From positions 30,687,648 to 30,751,647 of the forward strand of contig NC_092673.1 of assembly GCF_964355755.1 (NCBI RefSeq): a stretch of DNA of 64,000 nt, in the 5' to 3' direction. The notes beneath the pieces were generated by a model. That model searched no databases, was not told the origin of the DNA, and worked only from the letters and a program-made list of their open reading frames with translations. The position numbers and the translations under genes were made by a program. Origin of the DNA: Antedon mediterranea (Eukaryota; Animalia; Echinodermata). Below are positions 25,601 to 40,600 of this stretch, piece by piece. Every line of letters begins with the position of its first letter. Position 1 is the first letter of the stretch.

Positions 25601-28600
25601 TTTAGACGTAAAATGGCCTTCTAAAATTGTTTTAAACGTCGTCACAGTTGCTTTCTACTCTATGTCGTCAAATCCCACATCTCTAAATGACGTCATCGAG
25701 GTTTTATCTGGATAGCTTTATTGCGTCCAACAGAGGGTGGTAATGCAGGTTTAAATGACTGACTAATAAAAGCACGTTCAATACTGTGTAATTAATGCTA
25801 ATAGTAAAAGCAACTAAACTGATCAATATTAATACTAGAATAACAACACAATTTTAATAAAGTATTGAAATGCTTTGTACTCATATGAAACATGCTGTAT
25901 AAAATATTTATACAGTTTTAACTAATGGTACATACAGTTACTAAATTCAAAATGCTAAGAAATTTAATTATAAAATAGAGTTTTAATTATTGTTATTATT
26001 TAAGGTATATTTATTCAAACACAGAAATCATACAGGTAGGCTGAAATGAGTACAATTTTGCAGATATAAAATCTTTGGGAAGTTTCCAATATTTTTTTTG
26101 ATTTAAATTAAAAAAATTAATTCTCCTGATTGTTTTGGTTTTTAATAAAACATCTAGAATGTTACTACATTTTTTTTTAGGCTCCTTATTATTATTATTA
26201 TTTTTTTTTTTAAAACTAAATAGGCTAAAATGTATGCATACATACCAACATTATTTTAACCTAATTTTACTTAAAGACCCCTGCAATTTTGGACGTATTT
26301 TGGAAAATAATACATATATATCACTTTAAAAACATTAAACCATGTCATTCCTTGTCTTAAATGTACGTTTTATGGTAAATTATGATAAAAAGTGAGAAAC
26401 AATGCACTACCTAAGTAGCTCGCGGCGACCGACCTCTCGTGGACGGTCTTAGGCCTAGCCTAGCTAGGCTTAGTTTTGTAGGCCTAGCTGGTAAACATCG
26501 GTAACATACGAACATCATACGCTAGCTATATACCTAGCCTGACGTATTGTCTTTCTATTTTTGCCAGACTCCGTTAATACAAATTGGGGAAAAGCCGGTA
26601 TTTTCGCTGAAAAGTTAGGAGTCTTCCATTTGTTTTAATTTAATTTATAATTTTAATTTAATTTATTCGACTTCTCACTAACTCAGTTAGTGAAGGATCT
26701 GGACCAACAGGTGGTAAACACCTCTAAAACGGTCCAGTCCCAATTTGCACAGTGGCTGTGTGTGACAGTGGCTGTGGTTGTGTGGACTAGTACACCGGGG
26801 TAACCCCCTACTCGTCTCGAAAGATGTACTAGGTTCTTTAAAGTGCGCATGAGCTATGTGTACACTGGACCTACGGTTTATAGTCCTTATCCGAGAAGAC
26901 TCGTTCTACCACCAGAACCATGGAGCGAGTGAGCCTCGAACCCTTGCCGATGTTATGGCTACGTAATTACGGTTCCACTGTCTTAACCGCTCGGCCACTC
27001 GCTCACTCGCTTATTTGGCCTCACGATCGATCAAAAAGTGGTCGAATTACAGGTGAAAAACAAAAATATCAATCCGCGCGCAATGCATTTTGGGATTTAT
27101 AGCGGGCCGCTATAATTATTAGAATCGACTTATTTTTCACATTTTTAACCGTTTAAAGACGAAAAAAGTTATAGCAATAGGACCATATAGTATTATTTTT
27201 ACATTAAATATAGTTTGTGCTCTTAAATTAGATCTAAAAAACGTAGGGAAGGGGGCTTTAATTAAATAAAATTCTCTAAAAAACATGATACTACTGTCTT
27301 TTTTATTAATAGGAGTCTTTTTCGTGCCAAGCTTACCTGGATAAACCAACATTAACCTTTCTCTCCAAAGAGAGGAATAGGAAAGAATACCATTTTAATA
27401 TAAATTCCACTCATCAACGATTATTAATTGTATTTTACAGAGTACTTTGTTGCCCAGCCTTTACCGTCAGCAGGTGTGGTGCCGGTCCTTCAGCAGTTCT
27501 GTCCCAAGACCCACAGAGACAACTTTGGTTTTCCTAATTATCCTAATGCTCAGTAAGTCTACTCTCTGAATATCATTTCATGCACATCTATTACAGCAAG
27601 TTTACTAGCCATTTTAAAGCTCTGTCTACACTATCACACTTTATGTAACAAAAAAATGTGATGTGCCCATATATGGACACAATGATGTCATATCAGTACT
27701 ATATTTGGGTATATCACTACCATATTTGGGCACATCACATCTCGATTTTCTTGTCAAACTAGTTTGATAATGTAGACAGAGCTTTTGAGGATGGATAAAC
27801 TATTGTTGCAGACAGACAAATGAGCGTAAGTACAACCTTGGCCCCAGGGTGCCCCTTAGTCTTGGTACCATGTTTTTTAAATTAACAAATTTAAGAACTA
27901 ATTATAACCAGAAGTTAGTCCAATTTGTCTTGATGTTTCACTAATTGTTGTAACCTTTAGAGAATGTTTGTTCAATTATAACATTAATTTCATATAGGGT
28001 GAAACCTTTCCTGCAAGAGATTTACCAGGTCATCCAAGACAATGACCTTTACCCCCAAGATTACCGCATCTCGGATTTGGAGAAGATGCCGGAAGCCTTG
28101 CAAGATTTACTTACAGATTATAACACAATTGAGAATCGGTTTGCATTGGCACCAGGTCAGTTACACTTAGATTTTTACATATTTAATTATTAATTTTTTT
28201 GGGGGGAGGGGGTCGTTTTTTTCCATTTTTATGATTTATCAAGGTTATAATGTTGTGCATATTAGAATATTTATGTGACATAATTGTTTCCAGTAGTACT
28301 AGTGAATATATAGAATCCCTACTTTACGGATACCGTTATTCAGGAGAACAGAATTCATAACAGTATAATGATCTAATTAAAACCATAGTTAATGTACTTC
28401 CACAATGCAACCTGCATCAGCTTTGGTGCAAATTCGATATTTTAGGTTGTTTTTGTTGTTTTAAGTTTTTTTTTAAGCTGCCATTGTTAATTTCCTGGTA
28501 AATTTGTTTTTCTTTTTGTATCTGGCTGGATGTACTATCTGAAATAAAGAAATGAATGAATAAAAAATGAGAAACAAATGAGGGAAAATATATATATATT

Positions 28601-31600
28601 ATTATATCATAACTGCTTAATATTTTGCATAACTTTTTTGCAGGTTTTGTTTGTTTGCCAATCTTTTGTTTTCATATTTTTTTAGAAATATCAAGCTCAT
28701 AAAATTCTGTTGATTGATATCAAAATATATGACGTAAATTGTTCTTTATTTAAGTGATACAATTATACATTACAATTTTTTTTTATTCTTCTCTTTGTTG
28801 TTCGTATTAAAAATTAATAAAAATATATATCAAGATTATGAACGTTAATATCATAATATGAAAAATTATTAAAATGTACTTTAAGTGATTAAGTATATTT
28901 TAAGTATAGTATTACAAAGGGAATATATTTCATTTTGGAATTAATTACAATTAATATTAAAAAATCTCTGAACTAGATATTGTAACCTCTATGCTGAAAT
29001 TAAAAACAAAAATAAGTATCAACTTCCAACCTTATTCAATTACACACTACTGTATATAGCCTACCTATTATATGATATGTTTTAAATGCATGTAAATTTC
29101 GGGCTGGCAAATATCACCAGGGCTAGTAATATCTCCAGCTATCTTGCCCATGAGCCCCGTGACAAAAAATCACTTACGTAATTTTTATTTAAATGGTTTT
29201 TTTTTGTTGCAGATTTGGATGTGATTTCAATTTTAAACGATCCAGCAGCATTTGAGGATTACCTCGTTAGCAACTTAAGTGTACCTCAAAGTGATGCTGA
29301 TGAAATTATACACTCACAGATTAAAACTCAGGAAGTATGTTAATCTACATTGTAAAGCTCTGTCTATGCTATCAAACTAGTTTGTCAAAACTATGATGTG
29401 CCCAAATATGGTAGTGATATTCCCAAATATTCTATTGATATATGACATAGCACATAAAGTTTGATAGTGTAGACAGAGCTTCAGACAATATAATCATTAT
29501 TGTTATATATTTTACATTGTGTTATCCGAGGACAGGGGACACTTTATGTGATATATGAATGAGGGGCAGTGTATATTGGAACTAGGGCCAACCACTATTC
29601 ACAGGAAACTCCCATTAAGAGGTCACTCTAGAGGTCTACTGTATCAACAACAAAATCATTAGGTCCGCCATTCTACATATCAGTTAAAATGTGGTTCTAT
29701 ATGTTCTTGAGTGGGTTCAAATCCTAACCGGAAATTACCAGAGTAATGCAAACATCTGACCAATGAACTAGCTCCATGATGCAAAGCTACTATAAAAGCT
29801 CTGCCTACACTGTCAAACTAGTTTGACAAAAAAAGTTTGATGTGTCCAAATATGGTGGTGATGTGCCCAAATATGGTAGTGATATGACATCATTATGTCC
29901 ATATATGGGCACATCACATTTTTTTTATCACATACAGTTTGATAGTGTAGACAAATCTTTAAAACAGGGAGTTAGTAGAAGTAGTTATTAAATTATACAT
30001 TTTCTTTTTTTAGATTTTTCGTTTACTCTATGGAAATCCACCAAGGCCAGTTATCGATGATCCATCCGGAATCTACAATTATTCTCATTTTCAAACCGAT
30101 TTCAACTACCGTTTGTCCGGTATCGATAACGGTATGATGTATCGACCTTATCCGGCGGAATACATCTACAGCCCTGAAGGTCTTGCGGACGTTTTGTCGT
30201 GGACTTGGGGACTTAAGAGAACGCACGCCTCAATTAGAGAGCAAATCAAGCAACAGGCCGATAATAATTCGGTGTCTTTCAATGCGACAGATGTGATTAA
30301 AGATTTTGAAGTAAGTCATTGAAAAAATAATGAAAACTATTTTTTTGTTTATATATGCCATTTTAATGTCACATTAAATAATTATTCAATTTAACCACAA
30401 ATTTGATTGTAAAAAATATTTACCTGAAAAAAACTGTATTTTAAATCAATAAATACATCAAATTGTCTGTCAGACAATGAGTTTCTGGTTAAATTTAACA
30501 ATTTATTTTATTCTTTTATTTTATAAAGCACTTATATTTGCTATTTGGCTTTTTAGTCAATAATAATTACAACTAAACGCTTTGCACCTATTATGATACT
30601 CAGTTAAGTGTACTTTTTATTGGATTTGGAAGATGGAAACATGTGTATAAGCTGACACTTTCAATTCACATAAATAAATTTGTCTATTGGAAAGTAGGCT
30701 TTAAGCTCTGTCTACGCTATCAAACTAATTTGACAAAAAAAGTGTGATGTGCCAAAATATGGTAGTGATATGACATCATCATGTCATATATGGGCACATC
30801 ACAATTTTTTGTCAGAGCTTAACTGTATGAAAATAGTTTCTCTATTCAAGTGTTAAACATTATATGTACAGTATATACTTTAACCGATTATTTACTGAAG
30901 GTATATAAACACACAAAATTACAGCTAAAACAAAACTGTTACCATTAAATTGTTAATTGTTAACTTTTTTTTCGATTGCATTTAGGACTATTTAATAAGC
31001 CCAGATGGCTTGCAAGATATTGCATGCAATAAGGGAGATATTTCTCAAATATTCAATACCTCTCAAAGCAATATAACCGTAAGTTTGTAATCTGGTAATA
31101 TTTTGTTCTGAGAATCAGTTACTTTTAGTAAGAATCAGTTACAACTTAGACCCCATTTACACTAACGATTTGGCCCTGGGTCAGTGTAAAGAGTAAACAC
31201 TCTATAAAGTTAGGCCAGCCCTGGGCCGGATGCGAAACTGGACCACCTTTGATTAGGTCTACGAGTTCCTTTTACGTTTGGACCGACTTGTGCATTTAAC
31301 CATGACTAATGGCTTTAGAAAATGAATCCTCATGGCCATCGTTTGGAACGTTAGTGTTAACATGCTTGATCAGGCTCAAATGAATTATTTAGACCCGATC
31401 CAGGGCCAGCACAGGACCCAATCGTAAATGTAAATGGGGTCATAGATTGGTGATTGTCGTGTAATTCTTTTTTTCATAGGGTGCATATTTATCAAGGCTA
31501 TGTAATGAGGAAGGAGCTGAAGATGTGTTTGAAGAATTCTCTCAAGTTTTACATGGTCAACTGAATGCACAGAAAATAGCTGAAATGGTAAGTTAAGTAA

Positions 31601-34600
31601 ATTGGAAAGATGATGATGATGAAATTGAAAAGGATTATGGAAAGTGGCAAAAAATGTGAAATGATTAGGGAAAAGTGGGAATGAAAAAGGATGTTATACA
31701 AATCAGAAGAAAATGTTGGAAATAAGTATAGAAACATTCTATTGGGGAATAGGTTTGGAAAATTGGAAAAGAATGATAGAAAATGTGAAAAATGGGAAAG
31801 GTTGGTGGAAAGTGAGTAAAAGGGGAAAGAATGATAGAAAGTGTGAAAGGATGTTGGAAAGTTAAAAAAAATGGGAAAGAAAGTTGGATATATTGGAAAA
31901 ATATATAGAAACATACACAAGAGGAAGTTGGTAAATGGATATTGAAAAAAAAAATAGGAATGTGTAGGAATTGATATAAAAAGATATCAATACCATGCAG
32001 AAAAATCTCATTATACACACCTACACTACCAGACATATTCAGATACATGTTTATTTTTTTTCTCCATGCCAGATGTATGTATTGACAGAGCTAGTAATGC
32101 ATAGCATTCATAGCCTGCTCATATAAAACTATTAAGTGTACAATAAAAAACTTATGCTATAACACTTGCAGTTGAGAGGTTTTCAATTGAGAGTCACTAT
32201 TATATATGCTTAATCTTGTTCAATTTTCCTTTAATTGTATCTGAAAATTAAAGTGTTAAACTGTCTTTTAATTGATTCAACCTTTGAATGCCTCTTAAAT
32301 ATTGAATAGGCACTACACATTTTAATGGCAGTCACAGTTAGAAGTATATTCACTGTGAAAGGTTATATAATTATACCGAGATACTGTTTACATCAATGGG
32401 AATACGGTTATTCATTGATGTTGGACTTTAATCAACGATTAGTTTCCCGTCTAATGGAAAATTAGAAAATTCATCATTACCTCTCTGTCACCTGATTGTG
32501 AAATTAATTTAAAAATACATTTTTTGCAACAACAACAATTTCCTTCCTAACCTGATTTATGTTTCTTCCATTGTTCTTACAGATTTGTTTTGAACATAAA
32601 ACTAACCTTGAATAAGGATTATTTTTAAGAGAAATTTCAAACCATTACTATTGTTGTATTTTTCAGTTAATATATTCTAAATTATTATTAAGAATTCCTG
32701 ATATAATATATTTTGAAAAATTAATTACAATCAGAGGATTACTTTAAAAAAAATACATTTTTGATTATTTATATTGTGTATAGTGAAAATTGTTGCAAAT
32801 ATTGATTAATATTGTTTTTTATTTTAATTTTACTTTTCTTTCAGTTAAATGTTTCATTGATTGATGTTTTAAACACAAGACAATATGCGGAAAAGGCATT
32901 AGCTGATGTAAGATGGCGCATTTATTTATCTAGGCCTTTTATACCAAATTCATAGAAAATCTTACAAAATAAATTGTGTAAAAACGTTTCTATATCATAG
33001 ATGTAAAATATCAGAACATAAAAACTCATTACATACTCCTCCTATAAAATAGATGTAAAATCGCAGAACAAGTTGATAGTCTATTTCGTGCCTGGCTCAC
33101 CTGGATAAACCGACATTGACCTAATTTTCTCAGAGGAGAGCACTACAACTTGAATACAAACTCTTTAAATACCCTTATCACACAGTGATACATTCCATGA
33201 ACTGTATAACATAGATGTAAAATCACAGAACAAGTTGATAGTCTATTTCGTGCCAGGCTCACCTGGATAAACCGACATTGGCCTATTTTTCTCCAAGTAG
33301 CGCGCTACAACTTGAATACAAAAAATTCATTAAATACTCTAATTACAAAGTGGTACATTTTATGAACTGTATAATATATGTAAAACCACAGAACAAGTTG
33401 GTAGTCTAATTTTCGTGCTCTTCTGTAGCTTACCTGGATAAACAAACATTGGCTTATTTCTGAGAAGAGCGCTACCACTTGAATACATAACAAAACACCC
33501 CAATCAGATCGTCTTTGTACACATTCTATATGTAATCTCTTTTTTTACTTGTTTTTCTCAGTTTCAAAAATTTGCTACATTTGAAAAACACCTTTATGAC
33601 TTATATTTGTTGGCATCCAAATTACCGGAAGGTAGTTGTCCTAAACCACCAGCACCAACAACAACAGATCCAACAAATGATGATGATGTGGAATCCACAA
33701 CATCCTCTGACGAAGTCACTGACAGTCCGTCACCAACAATGCCAGTACTAACAACGAGTTACGATGATGACAATGACTTGTTATATAACGAATCGGATAT
33801 AGATAACGATATTTTCACCACCACACCATCAGGGACAACGATGAAGATGATACCGCTAAAAAAAGCTAAAACGATAAAAGACAATAAGGATGATAAAAAG
33901 ACTGAAAAGAAGATAAGTCCGCAAAAGAAGAAACTGCTTAGATTGTATAGGCTTTGGGCAAATTTACAGCCTGTATTGTGCGGGAAGAAAGTGCGAACTG
34001 CTACCGATGAACAGCTAGAAAGAGGAGATCTGAAATCTCTTGGTTTTGATAGTCATCAGAAGAGGAGCTTTGAGATTCTCGTTCATATTCTTTTCAGTAA
34101 CCCAAAAATTCTATATGCACCAAATACCACAGATGTAAATTCTGTTATTAATCAAGTAAGTACACAAGAATTGAAAAAAAGAAATGAAATGTACATCAAA
34201 GCCTTTTTTCCACTAGGTGAATATATTCCCATGAATTGGACAAACCTATGTTTTGATTGGTTGCACAATTTTAACGTCACAAAAAAGTAGATGAAAATAT
34301 TAATATGCTTCTGCATTAGTCAACATTTTCCAATACATTTCCTTCTTGGAAAATATGATTTACAGAACATTAATTCAGATTTATTATCAGTGATTAGTAT
34401 GTTCAGTGTATAGCTGGACCTCAATTATATAAACTAGACTCTAGACTAGAGTTTTTCAACAAATGGTTGAACTTATTTCCCACAACTTTTTTCATTTTTC
34501 TAAACAATTTTGCTATTTCCTGTTTTTGTCTTCTTCTTTTGTTTGTAGGCTAGTGATTTTATCTTCCTGTTCAACAACATGACCCATTTATCAAATGTTT

Positions 34601-37600
34601 GGTTGAATGTTTCAAAAGACATCAAAATTCAGCTCCAAGATAACAGAACAGAGAGGGCGGTTGAGTGGATGGCAGTTGTAAGTATTTGATAGCTAAAAAA
34701 ATAATTAAAAAAAATTGAACAAATGATAATTTATTATGTAAAAATGTAATATGATTTGATTTTGTTATTTTAAATCCTTTTTCTCATTTAGATGCAAAAA
34801 GAGCTTTACGAACATCCGCTGTTTTTTCCAAATGTCAGCCTGGACATATTTCCTCGTAATTACATAAACAACTCCACTTACAATGCAACAGCGGTGTTAC
34901 TCAATGAGTTGAACACTATCGATAATGCTGCATGTGCCTGGCTTGAGATTGCATCATATTTCAACATGGACATCTTTAAGCCATTTCCAACTGAGGAGGA
35001 CCTTGTTAATTACGTTCTACACGAGGCCACTGCTGATAATGTCACAGTGCTAGCAAGTAAGTTTTGTACTGTAATGAATTCGTATTTATATTGCACTTTT
35101 TACAATAATCATTTCAAAGCGAAGTACAACGATTTTCATCTCCTTTTCATTTCATGTTGCCAACAAACTGCCCCCAAGGCCAGGGACTAAGATGTACCAG
35201 TTCACTGGGTTAGCCCCTTACTTTTCTAAAAGAAGGGCTATGTTCTTTGTGCATTTGAGCAAGATATGTCTTAAAGCTCTGTCTACATTATCAAACTTGT
35301 TACTGAATCGGATTTGTTCTATAAAATAATTTAATTATTAATTTTTTTTCTCCCCAAATAAGATGTTATTTTCCATGTGGATGAAAATGGTAATCTACCA
35401 CCACACACAATCTACAAGATCCGACAGAATTCATCGTTCACAGATCGTACAGATTTGATTCGCCGACGCTATTGGACACCTGGCTCCAACCACCATAACA
35501 TTCTCGGCTACTACACGTATGGGTTTGTGTGGATTCAGGATCTTATTGAGAGGGCGATCATCGACACGAAAGTTACAAGAAAGATTACAGAGCCTGGGAA
35601 CTATGTTCAAGAATTCCCATATCCTTGTTATAGACATGATAAGTGAGGATGCTATTTAAAAACATCACATTGCTTGTGTGGTGTTGTTTCAGTCTAAGCT
35701 AATAATGAAATAATGAGAATATTAGCCAAATATATATATTTATATATATAATATCTATAAATAATAAAGAGAATATAATAGCCAACTTGCATAAGATGTA
35801 CCAGTACACTGGGTTAACCCCTTACCTTTCCAAGAGATGGGCTGTATTTTTTAATGTGCATTTGAGCCAGATATGTAAATATATATTCACTCCAATTTTT
35901 AATCAAATGATAATTACTAATTTTTATTTCTGCCATCAACCTGATATAATGTGAAGAACGCTATTTTTTTCTAATAAAACTTTTTGTTTTGTTTTTTCCC
36001 CAGATTTTTATTTACAATTGAGCACATTATGCCGATGGTAATGATGATATCATGGATATATTACGTGGCCATGTTGACACAAAGTATAGTTTATGAGAAA
36101 GAAAAAGGACTGAAAGAGGTAATGATAATTCTAATAAACTATTATAAAAACTCTTGCAACTGGAATCTTTCTCTATTAATATATAGAAGAACCCCTCCTT
36201 TGGGACACGCATATTGAAGGGACAACCCTATTCAGAGAACAACCCTATTCACACGACAACTTCATTCAGATGACAACCCTATTCAGAGAACAACCCTATT
36301 CACACAACAACTTCATTCAGATGACAACCCTATTCAAAGAACAACCCTATTCACACGACAACTTCATTCAGATGACAACCCTATTCAGAGAACAACCCTA
36401 TTCACACGACAACTTCATTCAGATGACAACCCTATTCAGAGAACAACCCTATTCACACGACAACTTTATTCAGATGACAACCCTATTCAGAGGACATCCC
36501 TATTCAGAGGACACTTCCCCATAAAAAAAATGAGGGGAAATACTATATGTTTTAACACTACAGCCAACCTCTACTCAGAAGATACCCCCATTAAGGGGAC
36601 ATTTTGTTGGGTCCCAAAAGGTGTCCCCCTAATAGACACTCTACTGTATTGTCTTCAGAAATCATGTGCAAATGTAGTGGAGTTGTAGCTTGGTGGTTTG
36701 CCTTCCAATCCCAAGGTCCGGGGTTCAATCCAGACCTAGTGCCATCCAGGGTTGTAAACTCACAACTCTTTCAACTCTACTCCCTAAGCCTCAAATAAGA
36801 CTTTGTTTATAAGCAAAATAAATTATAAGAGTTTATCCATCCTGTAATTGGCAAATTACCCACTGTTGGATGCGTATGAAATAACAGAATAGAAAGTAAC
36901 AAACATTGTTTTCATTTTTATATTATCAGGTCATGAAGCTTATGGGTTTGAGCAATGCAGTACATTGGGTAGCTTGGTTCATCACCAGTTTCTTTGAGAT
37001 GTCAATCACTATTGTGGGCGTGGTCTGCATCCTCAAATATGGAGAGGTGTTAGTCTACAGCAATCCAGTCATTGTGTGGCTTGTTTTGATTACATTTTCT
37101 GTAGCCACAATTAGCTTTTGGTATGCATTATGTGCCTTTTTGAAAGTATGAAATATTGCATTAAAATAATTGAATTCGCTAGAATCCCTCAGGAGACACC
37201 TCTATTAACCAGACATATTCCCACGAAGCAAGGAGCAATATGGTTCAACACTACACTGGTCTACAGCTAACTTCAATTCAGACAAAACCCCTATTAAAGG
37301 GACATTTTGTTTCAATTCTGAGTGTGTCCCCTTAATAAGGATTCTACTATATTCAATTAATTTATAAGTTCAATTAATATAGTACTTTACTATTACTGTA
37401 TGTTTTGCGAACGCTCCATTCTCTATCTAAATAGACTGTCCGCATGGTATTGTTGAGGGAGCTGTTACTAAAAGAATGTTACTTATTAATTAAACATAAA
37501 CTATATACTTCAATTGTAATCTGACTTCAGCCCTCAAAGAATTCAGAATAGCCTTTCTAAAGAGAAGTCGATAGAAATCTTTAGGGAGTATGGAGACAGT

Positions 37601-40600
37601 TTTAGTAACTCTTGCCTCCCACTGGAACTGGCATTTGTCTGTATATTCTCTGATAACAGGAAGTGATCCTAATAACCACATTTGTTTTTCACTGAATAAA
37701 GCCACCTGTTGTTATTGAGACATTGCCCTTGTAACTATATCAGGTCAAAGGTTACCAAGAACATTGTAAAATAGAAGAATCAAAATCAACCAAAGAAATA
37801 AAAGTCAAACCGCTCCTTTGGAGGGTACATTTTAGTAAGGGGACACTTTTATTTAAAACAAACCAGGACAAATATAGTATGTTTTAGCATTACAGTATTA
37901 ACCTTTATACAGGGGACACCCCTATAGAGGGAACACTTTGTTGGCCCCCGAAAGTGTCCCCTTAATAGGGGTTCTACTGCAAATTATATTTAATTAATGT
38001 TGCATTAATTCTTGTTCTCATAGTTTCATGGTTAGTGTTATATTCTCCAAAGCAAAGTTAGCAGCAGCCTGTGCTGGTATTATGTACTTTACAAGCTACG
38101 TTCCTTACCTGTACATTGGTATCAGGGAAGAAACCGCATTTCAAGATATATCTGTGATTGGGAAGAGCCTTGCTGTGAGTACTCCCTCATTCCTCCATTC
38201 ATTCCTTTATCATTATAATATCATTCCTCTTATCAATATATTACTTTTGATGTTCAATGAATCCATAATGTTGTGCAGCTGTAGCTTGGTGGTTAATATG
38301 CTTGCCTTTCAATCCCATGGTATAGGATTCAATCCTGACTTAGTGCCAAGGTCATAACTCAAGACCCAAAACTACTCTACTCCCTCAGCCTCAAATGAGA
38401 CTTGGTTAATAAACATGATAGCCATCTGGTAATTGTTACTTTAAGCTCTCTCTACACTCTCTCAAACTAGTTTGATAAAAAATAAGGTAGTGATATGCCT
38501 AAATATGTATTGGTAGTGATATGATATTATCATCTTGTCCATATATGGGGACACCACATTTTTTTTTGTCACATAACGTTTGATAGTGTAGACAGAGCTT
38601 CACTGAGCTCTCTGGGGGACAGTCCTTAACTGAAGAGGTCTTCCAGTATAAAGAAGAAATAATGAAGATTCTGTTAGATACTGTATGTATGAAATGTATA
38701 TACTTTTTAATAAATATATAACATTTGTCTTGTAAACCTTTCAATATAGTCACTACTGTCAACGACTGCCTTCGGACTTGGTTCTAAATATTTCGCACTC
38801 TATGAAGAGGAGGGAGTTGGAGTGCAGTGGAGTAACATACATCTTAGTCCAGTTGAGCAGGATGAGTTTAACCTGTTGAAGGTTATTTGCATGATGTTGA
38901 TAGACGCTTTTCTCTATCTCGTTCTCACCTGGTATATTGAGGCTGTACATCCAGGTATGTCAATAGTTATGTAATATTCACACTTGTGGTTTCCATAATG
39001 AACTGGTAGAGTAGTTAGCATAAGGATGTGATTTATGCAAATGCCTTAAGGGCAATTTAGACAGACGAGCGGTAACAGTAATAAAAATATAGAATCTATG
39101 TTGTTATTCTTGATGACCACACATGACGATGCGGACGGGCGGTTTCCACACAGGATAGATATAAATTCTTTTTTGCTTCTTTATCTTTTTCTACAGGATC
39201 TTATGGCTTGCCCAGACCGTTCTACTTTCCCTTCCAGCGGTCCTACTGGTTTGGAGACTCTACCAGCTCTTGCTGCTTAGGCTCAACTAACAAGTACACT
39301 AATCTATCATTGATGGACGATGACCAATCGTTTGCTATGGCTGAAGCTGGTCAAGGTATGGTCAAAATCTTAATGAATACCAGTGGAGTATCCAGAATAT
39401 TGAAACTGGGGTGAAGTGTGGAGTCCTCTAAATCCTTGACAATTTCTTTTATAATCGTTACCATTGACACATTACTGTTTTATTTATTCTTAAAAATTGA
39501 TTTTTAATCAATTTAAACAAATACCATTTAAATAACTTTCTAGGCCCACATATGGAACCAGAGCCATACCACTTAAACATGGGTGTGTCCATCAAGGGAC
39601 TCACTAAAGTGTATAAGACAGGGAAGAAGCTAGCTGTCAACAATCTTAGTCTTAACTTGTATGAGGGTCAAATAACGTCATTCCTAGGACACAACGGTGC
39701 TGGCAAAACCACTACAATGTAAGTAGGCATGTTCTTGGAAAATAATTCTCACCTGAAATTTATCTATTATATAAAAGGTATATTTTTTGCTTAAGTCAAA
39801 TTGTTGAGATTCCTTAAGTGACTTTATTTATCGAACCAGTTAATTATTTGTATATGTTATTTTTTTATAGGTCCATACTCACAGGCTTGTTCCCTCCTTC
39901 ATCAGGAACAGCTACCATATATGGAAATGATATCCGCTCGGATATGCTGAAAATCAGGAAAAGTCTTGGAATGTGTCCGCAACATAATGCACTATTCGAC
40001 AAGTAAGTATTTTAATTTTTTTTTATTCTAATCATTGGATAAGATTCATTCATATATTATATTCATTTATTTAAAATTTAATTTATTTAAATAAATATTC
40101 CAAATAAATATTGCATATTTATTTTATTTAAATGAATATTCAATATAGATATTGCATATTCATTTAAATTTAATATAAATATTGCATATTCATTTTATTG
40201 CAATAAATATTCAATATAAATTTTGCATATTCATTTTATCGAGATGAATTTTTTGTTTTCGTTTATTAGATTGACGGTTGATGAGCATATCTGGTTTTAT
40301 GCAAGACTAAAGGGAACACCAAATAGCTGTATTAAAAGTGAAATGGACAAGTAAGAATTAATCTTTTCACAATTGAATCTTTGTTGGTTACCAAAGGTTC
40401 CTCCTAAATAGAGGTTGGCCTTGTATATGTATAGCTCCTTGTTTTCGAAAGGAAGCGTTCTGTAGCAATCTCCTGAGACTTTTAAACCATGTCACAGGCA
40501 ACAGACCATTTGCAAAGTCAAGATTGTAAGCGGTTCTCAGACATTTAAAGCAGCAGCATTAACATATGAATTAAAGTTCCTTAAAATGATATTGATGATC

